This document shows positions 13,577 through 26,305 of a stretch of 64,000 nt of DNA, piece by piece. Made by a program: the position numbers and the translations under genes. The stretch comes from Octopus sinensis (taxonomy: Eukaryota), in assembly GCF_006345805.1 (NCBI RefSeq), contig NC_043011.1, positions 42,544,464-42,608,463 of the forward strand, read 5' to 3'. How positions within the stretch are numbered: position 1 is the stretch's first letter; every line of letters begins with the position of its first letter. The notes under the pieces are model-generated. The model was given only the letters and a program-made list of their open reading frames with translations, had not been told where the DNA came from and ran no database searches.

Positions 13577-14029
13577 CCCTTTAGCATTCAGATTTCTTTG
13601 TCAAATGTATTGCTTTATATATTCCACATTGTTTTGAATTAATCACATTATTTTGTACCTTCAATATTTCAGTTGTCTGTTTTGAATATTTTCAGAATGT
13701 CAATGTAGGGTAGTAGGTATGAGAGGTTGGCAGAAACGTTAGCACGCCGGGCGAGATGTGTAGCCATATTTCGTCTGTCGTTACGTTCTGAGTTCAAATT
13801 CCGCCGAGGTCGACTTTACCTTTCATCCTTTCGGGGTCGATAAATTAAGTACCAGTTATGCACTGGGGTCGATGTAATCGACTTAATACCTATGTCTGTC
13901 CTTGTTTGTCCCCTCTGTCTTTAGCCCCCTGTGGGTAATAAAGAAATAGGTATGAGAGGTTGGATCTGGTCAGTTTCAACATAAAACAGCACATTTAGGC
14001 CAGATATGGCTGGATTAAATGGTCAAGGG
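13577..14029. mobile_element. piggyBac-type MITE carrying a SINE insertion
   Basis: TTAA|CCCTTT ... CAAGGG|TTAA. Same family recurs at 21337-21553 and partly at about 43810-43920 and 62375-62470. Confidence 0.7.
13731..13946 (+). mobile_element. tRNA-derived SINE family B, 5'-clipped, 17-bp TSD
   Basis: TAGGTATGAGAGGTTGG duplicated at 13714-13730 and 13947-13963. Core gttcaaattccgccgaggtcgacttt.cctttcatcctttcggggtcgataaa. Confidence 0.9.
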
Positions 14030-14482
14030 TTAAAGTAATTGAAAGACCTCTCATCAAAATTGCCTGTTAATTTTTGTTCTATACACCAACATAACAATGG
14101 AAACATTATTTCACTAAATTCTTCATTAGTTTGAAAATTAATTGAAGCAAAAGCAATGTTTCAAAAGAAATAGGGTAACAAAAAGGTTAGCTGAGCACAT
14201 CTGATGTTAGTGCTAAGGGTATGATTAAGGTGGTGAGTTGATAGAATCACTAGCATGCCGAACAAAATGATTAGTGGTATTTCATCTATCTTTACATTCT
14301 GAGTTCAAATTCTGCTAGGATCGATAAGATAATTACTAGTTGAGCACTGGGATCAATGTATTTGACTGACCCCCATCCCCTGGAATTGCTGTCCTTGTGC
14401 CAAAATTTGAAACCAATATTCAACAATGACAAGAGACATAAAGAACCGATTTTTTTGAAGAGTTTCTCTGCTTCTATTTCAG

Positions 14483-14637
14483 ATATGAAATCTTTGATTT
14501 CCAGCAAGAATATGAAACTTTTGAAACGAAGTTGATGCAGTTTGAGGAGAATTTTATGGCACAAATCAATGAAAACTGGACTAAAAGGGTTCTTGTTACC
14601 CAAAGTAATCACAACTCCAGAATAGGCAGTGGCAAAG
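14483..14637 (+). CDS. SPC25: SPC25 coding exon 2 (YEIFDFQQEYETFETKLMQFEENFMAQINENWTKRVLVTQSNHNSRIGSGK)
   Basis: Acceptor tctctgcttctatttcAG, 155-nt open frame, donor AAG|GTAAAT. Phase 2 in and phase 1 out match both neighbours. The acidic helical sequence resembles the Spc25 N-terminus. Confidence 0.8.
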
Positions 14638-14915
14638 GTAAATCTGTGTATGTGAAATGAAATGATTTGGTGCAGTTGTTTTAGATGCAGTTGATTTGGC
14701 ATGGTTGACTGGACGACACTCAACCTGTTTTGGCAATGGTAGATTTTGGCCCTGGGGGCAAACATACATATACGCGAGGAAGAATGAGAGGAAAAGAGAC
14801 ATTGCAATTTATTAATTGAATGCAGTTTTCCTCTTCTCATATGCATAAAGAGACACATGGTCCCATATATAAAGAGAAGGAGGGTAGGAAAAAATGAAAG
14901 AAACATTAAGATGTT

Positions 14916-15332
14916 AGGCGCAGGAGTGGCTGTGTGGTAAGTAGCTTGCTAACCAACCACATGGTTCTGGGTTCAGTCCCACTGCGTGGCACCTTGGGCA
15001 AGTGTCTTCTGCTATAGCCTCGGGCCGACCAAAGCCTTGTGAGTGGATTTGGTAGACGGAAACTGAAAGAAGCCCGTCGTATATATGTATATATATATAT
15101 ATACGCGTGTGTGTGTTAGTGTGTCTGTGTTTGTCCCCCTAGCATTGCTTGACAACCGATGCTGGTGTGGTTATGTTCCCGTTACTTAGCGGTTCGGCAA
15201 AAAGAGACCGATAGAATAAGTACTGGGCTTACAAAAAGAATAAGTCCCGGGGTCGAGTTGCTCGATTAAAGGTGGTGCTCCAGCATGGCCGCAGTCAAAT
15301 GACTGAAACAAGTAAAAGAGTAAAAGAGAGAG
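14916..15332 (+). mobile_element. tRNA-derived SINE family A, full length
   Basis: Head aggcgcaggagtggctgtgtggtaagtagc with box A/B-like motifs, internal (TA)/(TG) tract, (AGTAAAAG)n tail. Confidence 0.9.
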
Positions 15333-15715
15333 TATGTTTTATGTCAAATAAGTTAGTGTTCAGTCATTGACGCCAAATATGCAGTGCTGAAATAGCTGCA
15401 CATAAGCATTTCATACTCGTGTGTATTTATTTTATTTAATTAATCTTTTGTTTTTATAACTCCATGTTGAATGAGTTTACCAAAAGCTTTTCAAATGTAA
15501 ATTTTTATTGCAGAAAACAAATTTCTTTTTTTTTATTTTTTATTTTTTTTTTTGGGATTTCATGTTCACTGTAATTATTTTCTGTTCTGCAGGAAGACAT
15601 TTTTTTACTATTGTTGATATATTTGTTTAACCCTAATCCAACCATCATTGAGCAGAGCTAATATTAAAGATATTCCAGCTGTAACATACGTGTTTCTTTC
15701 TCTTCAGGCCTTATA

Positions 15716-16955
15716 TGAGGGTGTACCTAAAAGAGACAGGAATTTTGCATACTCTTACTCTTTTACTTGTTTCAGTCATTTGACTGCAGCCATGCTGGAG
15801 CACCGCCTTTAATCGAGCAAATCGACCCCGGGACTTATTCTTTTGTAAGCCTAGTACTTATTCTATCAGTCTCTTTTGCTGAACCGCTAAGTATCGGGGA
15901 CATAAACACACCAGCATCGGTTGTCAAGCAATGCTAGGGGGACAAACACAGACACACAAACACACATATATATATATATATATACGACGGGCTTCTTTCA
16001 GTTTCCGTCTACCAAATCCACTCACAAGGCTTTGGTCGGCCCGAGGCTATAGTAGAAGACACTTGCCCAAGATGCCACGCAGTGGGACTGAACCCGGAAC
16101 CATGTGGTTGGTTAGCAAGCTACTTACCACACAGCCACATTTTTATCACCTTCAAAGTATTCTCCATTTGAAGTAATGCATCGGCCCATGTGTGTTTGCC
16201 ACTATTTGAAGCAGTGCTGGAACTCTTGTGAAGTAATGCCTTTTAACGCCTCCGTCATTTTTTTGCTTCACTTCTTCAACATCTGCAAATTTCATAGCAC
16301 CAGTGATGACTTTCGGAAAAGATCTGGATCAACTTCCAACTGTTCTTTCAGTTGTGACTGCTTTTGATCTTCCATTAACAAGTGAGGCACAAATTTTGCT
16401 GCAGTTCTTTGTCATTCACAATTCCTTGCTCATAATTTGTTGGCAGATGCTCCAGGACACACACCAGTCATATCAACAAGTTCATCAATTGTTCAGTGGC
16501 AATCCTCCCTCCAAAATCAGTTCATGAATTTTCAGGATGTTTTCATTTGTTCAGTTGGTTGGCATTCGTTCTGAATGAGGTTTGTTCTTCAAGTGACAAG
16601 TGACCATTCCTAAAGTGTGGAAACCACTCATAAACTTGTGTTTTGCTCATGGCAGTGTCCTTGTCAGCTGTTTTGAAGCATGATAACTGTTTTGGCTGCT
16701 GTTTTCCCCCAGCAGAAAACAGAATTTCACAGAAGCATGCTGTTCCTTCATTTCAGCCATTGCAAAAATTGACAAACAGTGGAGAAGCACTGCAAAACAA
16801 AGACGCATTATGTGGCTGTTTGATCCTACTTGCTGCCTCCAGTCAACCAACTTATGCTTGAGGGTCGCATCAAGTGACCTCTAACAGCAGAATCCTAATC
16901 TACAATGGATTCGTCCCACAGAGAACGTTTCTGGTTACTTTTGGGTACCTCCTCA
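15716..16955 (-). mobile_element. Internally deleted mariner element with a SINE inserted
   Basis: TA at both ends. Degenerate TIRs TGAGGGTGTACCTAAAAG.. and rc TGAGGAGGTACCCAAAAG... Transposase remnants include HASVKFCFLLG (N-terminal) and FADVEEVKQKMTEALKGI..FQHCF..CITSNGEYFEGD (C-terminal). Confidence 0.85.
15750..16140 (-). mobile_element. SINE family A nested in the mariner
   Basis: Reverse complement of 14916-15332, splitting the mariner left TIR from the transposase C-terminus. Confidence 0.9.
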
Positions 16956-18675
16956 TAGATATCACAATTAATCCAGTCGGGCGATTTACCTGGACTGATG
17001 TAACTCTTCCATGCCAGATGTCCCGACTAAATGACGATGCATGAAATGTCTGTCTTGTGTTTTACTCACATGGTCTCACACTAGCCGGAATATCTCATCT
17101 GTGCATGCCATGGTTACAGATGATAGTAGTAGTTTACTATCTGAGCTGGCTGAACCAGGCTATTGACAACTTGCTGTCTGTTCATTCATTCAGCATCTGG
17201 TGATACATGCCTATGACAAGACCATCTGCTGAAATAGTTCTCATCCACCATGCTGCATCCCATGATTTCAGCATTCCCTGGCTTAAGAGATTACATGCTA
17301 TTTAACCCATAGATGCATACACTGACCGGTCCTATTACTCTGGGTCAGAATAGAACCGAGAACAATAGTAGATAGGAGGTTGCCACACTGCCAGATGCAG
17401 TTTAAAGTTATACCCAGGGCTAATATATATATATAGGTTTAGTTTTTTTTTTTTAATATTGAGTAATTCCTGCCCCTCTACCTTCTTCAACCTTTCCTCA
17501 CCTGGCACAAACCTACCACCCTCAATTCTTCTCACTCATTTAAGGGATCTTTCCTTGCAAAATACCTAGTAACCTCACCAGTGCTAGTGCCATGTAAAGC
17601 ACCCAGTACATTCTGTAAAGTGGTTGGCATCAGGAAGGGCATCAAACTATAGAAACCATACCAAAGCAGACATTGGAACTTAATGCAGTTCTCTGGCTCA
17701 TTGGCTGCTCTCAAAACATCCAACCCATGCCAGTATGGAAATTAGGTGGTTTGAAGGAGGATTTGCTGGTATTTCTAGCAGACTGAGTGAAAGAACCGCT
17801 TGTTATTCACTTCACAAGCCCTTCATGGTGTTTGGGAGTCATGTTTGTGTGTGTGCATATGTTAGGCTGTATAAATAAATGCCTTCTAAAAGCCAGTGCT
17901 TAGCTCTAGTTTCATGGCATTAAGCTAATAACTAAGCTATCCTTCATCATCATTATCATTTAGCGTCCGCTTTCCATGCTAGCATGGGTTGGACGGTTCA
18001 ACTGGGGTCTGGAGAGCCAGAAGGCTGCACCAGGCCCAGTCTGATCTGGCAATGTTTCTACGGCTGGATGACCTTCCTAACGCCGATGTCCTTCATCCTT
18101 ATAAAAAGCAAAATTTGTTTGCATGTTGACGGATGAGATCACTAAATAAAATTGCTATTACAGCTTTTCCATGTTTTTAAAGTTAATTTGACCATTCCAC
18201 AGATAACTGTGCACTTATTTTCCAAAAACGGAATGGGTAGGGGGTGAGTTGGCTCCTATTTCTAGCAATCCACTTACTGTCTATTTCACCATAATGTTTT
18301 TTACAGAGTGAAAAAATATTCCCCCCTTCTCACTCAATCCACTTCTAACTTTTTCTAAGTCTATACATTACGTTTATTCCTTTGGAGTTGCTGCTGGACC
18401 TCTACTTTCTTGCTGTCTATATGTCCCTCTTTATGTATATCTCTCTCACTATTTCCTCTCTCTCTCTCTGGTTGTATATGTGTCTCTCTCTCACTACCTC
18501 TACCTCTTTTTCTCTCTAGAGAAAAAAACACACGAGAGACAGCCAGAGAAAGCGAGTTATGAAGAAAAAAAAAGGGGTCTCTCATTGCATCATCAATGAC
18601 TCATTTCAATGATTGATCCTTTCTAGCAGTCGCTTTGCTTGTCTATGAGAAAGTAGCTACAATATATATATATAT

Positions 18676-18835
18676 AGGAGTGGCTGTGTGGTAAGTAGCT
18701 TGCTTACCAACCACATGGTTCCGGGTTCAGTCCCACTGCGTGCCACCTTGGGCAAGTGTCTTCTACTATAGCCTCGGACCGACCAAAGCCTTGTGAGTGG
18801 ATTTGGTAGACGGAAACTGAAAGAAGCCCGTCGTA

Positions 18836-18866
<31 letters not shown>

Positions 18867-19081
18867 GCATGTGTGTGTTTGTGTGTCTGTGTTTTTCCCC
18901 CCTAGCATTGCTTGACAACCGATGCTGGTGTGTTTATGTCCCCGTTACTTAGCGGTTCGGCAAAAGAGACCGATAAAATAAGTACTGGGCTTACAAAAGA
19001 ATAAGTTCCAGGGTCGAGTTGCTCGATTAAAGGCGGTGCTCCAGCATGACCGCAGTCAAATGACTGAAACAAGTAAAAGAG

Positions 19082-19083
<2 letters not shown>
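18676..19083 (+). mobile_element. SINE family A
   Basis: Near-identical to 14916-15332. Confidence 0.9.
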
Positions 19084-19117
<34 letters not shown>

Positions 19118-19447
19118 AAGTGAGATAGGGGTTATGAGTGTAACCCACTATGGGATATCAGTTATCCAATATACTGCCAGTGAAGTACCCAGAAGGCTAA
19201 TACATAAATGCTTACAATTGCAATGCAATTAGTTCATTTATTGTATTAGATGGGCGAAGGTAAAATGTTTTACCTCATTATCTTACTTATTGATGTATAT
19301 TGTTTTATTCTGTTGGATTTGGATGTTCCTATTTAATTAGTTAATAAATTATATGAATTGGTATTATCTGTAAGTTGATGATTGAAAGGAACCTATTCCT
19401 CCATTTTCTTATTTGTATATATATATATATATATATATTTGTGTATG

Positions 19448-19820
19448 CGTGGAGGCGCAATGGCCCAGTGGTTAGGGCAGCGGACTCGCGGTTTCGATTC
19501 CCAGACCGGGCGTTGTGAGTGTTTATTGAGCGAAAACACCTAAAGCTCCACGAGGCTCCGGCAGGGGACGGTGGTGATCCCTGCTGTACTCTTTCACCGC
19601 AACTTTCTCTCACTCTTACTTCTTGTTTCTGTTGTACCTGTATTTCAAAGGGCCAGCCTTGTCACTCTCTGTGTCACGCTGAAAATCCCCGAGAACTACG
19701 TTTAGGGTACACGTGTCTGTGGAGTGCTCAGCCACTTACACGTTAATTTCACGAGCAGGCTGTTCCGTTGATTCGGATCAACCGGAACCCTCGTCGTCGT
19801 AACCGACGGAGTGCTTCCAC
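19448..19820 (+). mobile_element. tRNA-derived SINE family E, 11-bp TSD
   Basis: Box A TGGCCCAGTGG and box B-like GTTTCGATTCC. ATTTGTGTATG at 19437-19447 and 19821-19831. GC- and CpG-rich relative to the flanks. Confidence 0.88.
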
Positions 19821-20825
19821 ATTTGTGTATGTGTGTATAAACTGTGTATCACGCTTTATTGCAGGTCAAGCTTTTGTTCATATTTTGAATAATACACATT
19901 GTACGAAAGTGAAACTCAGTCATCTGAAAGAGCCTAGGTAATATACATACGCAGTGAACATTTCATTCATATTGATAAACTACATACAAAGTTATGTTGA
20001 GTTATGTATTTTGAAGTGCTTTCAACAGGTGATATAATGATAATACTTTGTTTCATTACCTTAAATTGACACTTTTGTCCACCTGCAATAAGGTGTGTCA
20101 CAATTGAAAGCACCTCAAAATATATAACACAACATAACTTTATAATGTAGCTTATCAACTAACTGGTACTTAGTTTATCGACCCTGGAATGATGAAAGGC
20201 AAAGTCAACCTTGGCGAAATTTGAACTCAGAATGTTCCTTGTAATAAGAAATATAACCCTTTATCTTATATTTTTTCTAAGGTATTAGATTGTGGCCATG
20301 CCGGGGCACTGCTTTGAAGTGTTTCAGTTGAACAAATGAACCCTGTTTTTTTCCTTTTTTTTCAAGTATGGTACTTATTCTATTGGTTTATGTTGTCAAA
20401 CTGTTAGCTTAAGGGGACTTAAACAAACCATCAACGGTTGTCAAGCGCTTGGGTGGAGATCAAACACACACACACACACACTCATATCTTTCTGTTTATT
20501 TCTGTGTGTGTGTGTGTGTGTGTTTGCACATAAACACACCACGGGCTTATTCCCAGTTTCTGCCTACCAAATCCACCCACAAGGCTTTGGTTCTCGGTGT
20601 TATAATTGGAGACACTTGTCCAAGGTGTCGTACAGTGGGACTGAATGAAGATCACATGGTTTGGGAGCAAGCTTCTTAACCATAGTCTCGCCTGCGCCTG
20701 TAAAAAAGACTTTCATGTGCATCGGCCGTAGAAAAAAAAAAACATTATCATCGCGGCAGGAACCTCATAGATTAATGCAATAAGGGAGATAATCGGTAAT
20801 GTAAGGTTTTATAATTACCTCCCTT

Positions 20826-21264
20826 CCATCCATCTAGCCGCTCAGTCGAAGTCGACTCTCGGTTACTCGTTGGATCAGTGTCCTCCAGTCAGTTCTATCC
20901 TGGGCCGCTTCTTTCAGATTGGCTATGTCCATTCCGGTATCACTCTTGATCGTTTCAAGCCAGCGGGTTCTTGGTCGGCCTCTTCCTCTCTTGCCACTGA
21001 CCATTCCGAGCATGATGTCCTTCTCCAGGGATTTTCTCCGCATAATATGACCGAAATATGCCAATCTATGCTTGGTGATCCTAGCTTCTAGCGACATTTT
21101 CGGCCTGATCGGCTTAAGAACTTCTCCATTGGTGAGCCTCGCTGTCCATGGAATCCGTAAAAGTCTTCTCCAACACCAAAGCTCGAATGCATTAATTATC
21201 TTCTGGTCAGCTTTCTTTAGTGTCCAGGTCTCGCATCCATATGTTGCTCCCTTACATCCATATG
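20826..21264 (-). mobile_element. 5'-truncated RTE LINE of the BovB-like group
   Basis: Uninterrupted frame TYGCETWTLKKADQKIINAFELWCWRRLLRIPWTAR...YFGHIMRRKSLEKDIMLG..RGRGRPRTRW..DRTDWR..TESRLRLSG*. (TGGA) tail. TSD TTACCTCCCTT at 20815-20825 and 21265-21275. Confidence 0.9.
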
Positions 21265-22284
21265 TTACCTCCCTTACATTTTTATTTTATATATCATTTG
21301 AGTTAAACTGTAACGGGATGTTTCTTCATATTGTAACCCTTAAGCTTTCAGATTACTCTCTCAACTGTAATGCTTATTTATTCACATCATTTTGAATTAA
21401 TCATGCCTTATCTTGTGGCTGTGAGATTTCAATGATGTTATTGTTCATCTTTCAGAATGACATTGTAGGAAGGTGTGAGAAGCCAGATCTAGCTAGTTTT
21501 AACATAAAATTAGAATATTTAGACCGGATATGGCCGATTTGTATGCTAAAGGGTTATGGCGACAAGTGGGGAGAATCATGAGTACACCGGTCAAAATGCT
21601 TGGCTGCATTTTGTCTGTCTTTACGGTCTGAGTTCAAATTCTGCCGAGGTCGACTTTGCCTTTCATCCTTTCGAAGTCACTAAAATAAGTACCAGTGGAG
21701 CACTGGGGGGTGCTTAAATATTTCAAGGCAGTACCCCAGCATGGCCTCAGTCTAATGACTGAAACAATTAAAAGATAAAAAGGTTCATTCAAATGGTGTT
21801 ATTGTTTCCATGACTGTACTCGGACTGTTCGTTTTTCAGTAGACTTGGATATTATTACCTTTTGAAAATATAACCCTTTATCTCATATTTTTTCTAAGGC
21901 ATTAGATTGTGGCCATGCTGGGGCACTGCTTTGAAGTGTTTCAGTTGCAGAAATGAACCCTGTTTTTGTTTTTTAAATTCTATTGGTTTGTTGTCAAACT
22001 GTTAGCTTAAGGGGACTTAAACAAACCAACAACAGTTGTCAAGCGCTGGGGTGGAGATCGTACAAACACACACATATCTTTCTGTCTATCTGTGTGTGTG
22101 TGTGTGCACGCGCACACAAACACACGACAGGCTTCCACAGTTTCTGCCTACCAAATCCACTCACAAGGCTTTGGTTCTCGGTGTTATAATTGGAGACTCT
22201 TGTCCAAGGTGCCGCACAGTGGGACTGAATGAAGATCACATGGTTTGGGAGCCAGCTTCTTAACCATAGTCTCACCTGTGTCTG

Positions 22285-23181
22285 TCATCATCATTGTTCG
22301 ACCGTAGTCGAGACAATGGAATTTACTATGTTATGCTAGACTTCACGGTCCATCATAGCATTATGGATGTCCTGTTGCTGGATACCTGTATCCCTGGAGA
22401 TTACATCAGGGTAGGAGAGTGTTTGCCCTCTGGTATCACGAGCTGATGGCTTCCAGAGAAGAGTAGAAATTACCTCATTTTCAGCTCTACAACAATGTCC
22501 AGCAAACTGGACTCTCCTACCTTTCACAAGAGATGATACAGGTGGTAATTTCCCATGTATTTGTACTTTGGTTGGATGACGCTTCCACGAAGGATTTTGA
22601 GCTCTCATAAGGAGGCGAGTGTAAGTTCCATCGAACCGCCTCTCAAGCTTCTTTGATAACGTCCAGGTTTCTGAGCCATATAGTAGAATTGGTTAGACTG
22701 TGGCTTTGAAAATTTTAAGTTTGAAATCTCTACTTAGATTTGATGACCAGATCTTATGCATATCATTACAGGCTCACCAGGCCATACCCTTTCTAGTTAG
22801 AAAATCTTTTTCAGATGATGATATGTATGACCCAAGATATTTGTAATCAGAAACCATATTTAAGAGCGTATTGTTGAGAGTATGGATGATGAAATCACTG
22901 TTGGACTGGCACTTGCTTACATATTCAGTCTTGGCCTCATTGAGGTAAAGACCTACACAATTTGAAGCTTGTTCGAGAGATTGTAAAAGAGACTGGGCAT
23001 TGGAGAGAGAATCACTGATAAGAGCGATGTCGTCAGCAAAGTCAGTGTCTGTTAAGTGTTCAGCTGGGTGTCTGGAACTTCTAGGTTTTATTTCAAAACC
23101 CTTACTAGAAATGGTATCAACTGACATACGTAGCACTTAGTCAACGACAATGATGAAGAGAAACGGGGCGAGTGTGTCTCT
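22285..23181 (-). mobile_element. 5'-truncated RTE-clade LINE, second lineage
   Basis: RDTLAPFLFIIVVD, TDTDFADDIAL, YKYLGSYI, LLYGSETW, FAGHC motifs. (GAT)n tail. Imperfect 9-bp TSD ctgtgtctg/ctgcgcctg. Confidence 0.88.
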
Positions 23182-24478
23182 CTGCGCCTGCAGAAGAGAC
23201 TCATGTGCGTCGGCTGGAATGTTTTGTAGAACAAAAAAATTATCGCCGCTGTAGGAACCTATGATAGATTAATGCAATAAGGGAGATAATCAGTAACGAA
23301 AGGTTTTATAATTACCTCCCTTACATTTCAATATTATGTATCATTTGAGTTAAACTGTCACGGGGTGTTTCTTCATGTTTTAACCCTTAAATGGGGAAAG
23401 TGTGTCTCCCTGCGCCTGTAGAAGAGATGTGCATCGGCCGGAATGTTTTGTAGAAAAAAAAATTATCGCCGCTGTAGTAACCTATGATATATTAGAACAA
23501 TAAGGGAGAATTACCTCCCTTACTTTTCAATTTTATAAATCAATTGAGTTAACCTGTCACTGGATGTTCATATTTTAACCCTTAAGCTTTCAGATTTCTC
23601 TCTCAAATGTAATGCTTATTTATTCACATTATTTTGAATTAATCATGCCTTATCCTGTCGCTGTGAGATTTCAATGATGTTAATGCTTGGCAGCATTTTG
23701 TCTGTCTTTACGGTCTGAGTTCAAATTTCCCCGAGGTCGACTTTGCCTTTCATCCTTTCGGAGTCAATAAAATAAGTACCAGTGGAGCACTGAGGTTGTT
23801 TATGTAATCGACTTGCGCCCTCCTCCGAATTTGGTGGCCTTGTGCTAAAATTTGAAACCGATAAATATTTCTTCATATTTCCTTTTGCTAACGCGATATG
23901 CGATAGTCCTGTGCTTGAAATCATCATCGTTTAACGTCCGCTTTCCATGCTAGCATGGGTTGGACGGTTCAACTGGGGTCTGGGGAGCCCGAAGGCTGCA
24001 CCAGGCCAGTCAGATCTGGCAGTGTTTCTACAGCTGGATGCCCTTCCTAACGCCAACCACTCCGAGAGTGTAGTGGGTGATTTTATGTGCCACCGACACA
24101 GGTGCCAGACGAGGCTGGCGAACGGCCACGCTCGGATGGTGTTTTTTATGTACCACCGACACAGGTGCCAGGCGAGGCTGGCGAACGGCCACACTTGACT
24201 AATGCTTTTTATTTTATAATTTAATGTAGAAAGTTATGGAGTAAAACTTGGGATACTCTGTTATATATATATATATATATATATGTCTGTTTTCTTCTTT
24301 GGAGAATTTAAGCTGGCCACTATCCAAGGGACATGATGTTTTGTTTCAGTTAAGACAGTTTGTAGTTGGCTGAATCAGTTGCTGCATGTATTATGCATGT
24401 TTGTGTTCACGGATGACTCGTATTTGTGTGGTGGATATGCATTCTGCGTTTCACTTCACTGATATGTGTGTGTTAATG

Positions 24479-24521
<43 letters not shown>

Positions 24522-24595
24522 TCATCATTTAACAGCCGTTGAACACAGACACACACAAGTGAAGCGAAAAACAGATGCGTATATATATATATATC

Positions 24596-24633
<38 letters not shown>

Positions 24634-24834
24634 GGAACTATCAGATCAAAACATCTCAACATCTCGAGTGTGACTGTCCGAAATGGTCGTGACTTCTGGG
24701 ACTTGACTGATGAAAGAAAGCCACGAATGACTTGTCTTTTTTGCCTGTGCTTCTAATTATTGTTTCTCTTGTCCGCCTTTATATCACCTATCTGTCCAAA
24801 CGTTTTAATGCCCTTTATTGCGTTTTTGTACCAT

Positions 24835-24848
24835 TTATATATACATAT

Positions 24849-24900
<52 letters not shown>

Positions 24901-25225
24901 CATATATACATACATATATATATATATATTATATATATATATATATATAATATATATATATACATATATACATACATATATATATATTATATATATATAT
25001 ATATAATATATATATACATACATACATACATACATACACACACACACATATATAAATACATATATACATACATACATACATACATCATACACACACACAC
25101 ATATATAAATACATACATACATACATATATATATACATACATCATACACACACACATATATATATATACATATATATATATACATACATCATACACACAC
25201 GCATATATATATACATATATACATA

Positions 25226-25274
<49 letters not shown>

Positions 25275-25320
25275 CATACATTCATTCATACACACACTCA
25301 CATATATGTAGATGCACACA
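24835..25320. repeat. (TA)/(TACA)/(CA) compound microsatellite
   Basis: Read directly. Explains the YI/HT pseudo-ORFs. Confidence 0.95.
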
Positions 25321-25509
25321 TACGTGCATGCATGCAAATCAGGTGTAAAAAGCTGAAAGAACACTAAAATTCAAAAGGATGTATACAGTGAATGTATGTG
25401 TTTGGTGGGACATACAAAAGAAAAATAACTTAGTACATGAGGTTGAGCATCTATTTTAGCTCTGAGGTTATATTAATAACTGAAGGGCCTACAGTGATGT
25501 GTGTAGCAC

Positions 25510-26305
25510 TTATCAAACTAGTTTCTTAATTACCAATCACGAGCTTTAGGCCTCACCAAGGAAATGACTAGTGACCGAGACCTTTGGAAATATGCCGTGA
25601 ATGAGAAGACCCGGCAAGCCAAATGAAACCATAATCTCAGGGGCATAACCAGCCCACTTGTATGTAACCTTTTCTTTCTTTGGTCACTAAAACTCTGCTT
25701 GCGAAGACTTGTTGAGGCAAGTGAAATCAAATCAAATCAATCAAAAGTAAAATCAAAATCAAATTCGATGACTGGCGGCCATGCTGGCAGGGTGCAAAGA
25801 GCACCATATGAGCATGATCATTGACAGAGCGGCTAACCGGCTTTTGTGCCAGTGGAATTTAAAGGGCACCATTCGAGCGTGATCGTTACCAGCGTTGCCT
25901 TACTGGCACTTGTGCCCGTGCTAGTAGGGTGCCAAGAGCACTATCCGAGTGTGATCGTTGCCAGAGCAGCCAACTGACTTCCATGCCAGTGGCACGTAAA
26001 AGGGCACCATTCGAGCGTGATCGTTACCCACGTCGCCTTACTGGCACCTGTGCTGGTGGCATGTGTAAAAGGATTCGAGCGAGGTCGTTGCCAGTACTGC
26101 CTGACTGGCACCCATACCGGTGGCACGTGAAAAGCACCTACTACACTCTCGGAGTGGTTGGCGTTAGGAAGGGTATCCAGCTTTAGAAACTCTGCCAAAT
26201 CAAGATTGGAGACTGGTGCAACCGCCTGGTTCGCCAGCCCTCAGTCAAAATCGTCCAACCCATGCTAGAATGGAAAGTGGATGTTAAACGATGATGATGA
26301 TGATG
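25510..26305 (+). mobile_element. RTE 3'-end fragment (family C) with internal ~50-60-bp repeats
   Basis: Ends ggatgttaaac(GAT)n. Same family at about 33470-33985 (+). Confidence 0.85.

Larger units (their letters stand above)
20248..23800. repeat. Diverged local tandem duplication: copy 1 about 20248-21865, copy 2 about 21866-23800, plus a partial third copy at about 23390-23590
   Basis: The same succession (AATATAACCCTTTATCT.., degenerate SINE A, unique spacer, MITE, partial SINE B) occurs twice. Each copy carries a different LINE insertion. Confidence 0.85.

Noticed and set aside
14292-14906. 204-aa minus-strand ORF
   Set aside because: Antisense shadow of SPC25 exon 2 plus a degenerate SINE. 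No domain signal.
14916-14995. SINE heads as tRNA genes
   Set aside because: Box A/B-like motifs are present, but there is no complete cloverleaf, and they continue into SINE body and tail in many copies.
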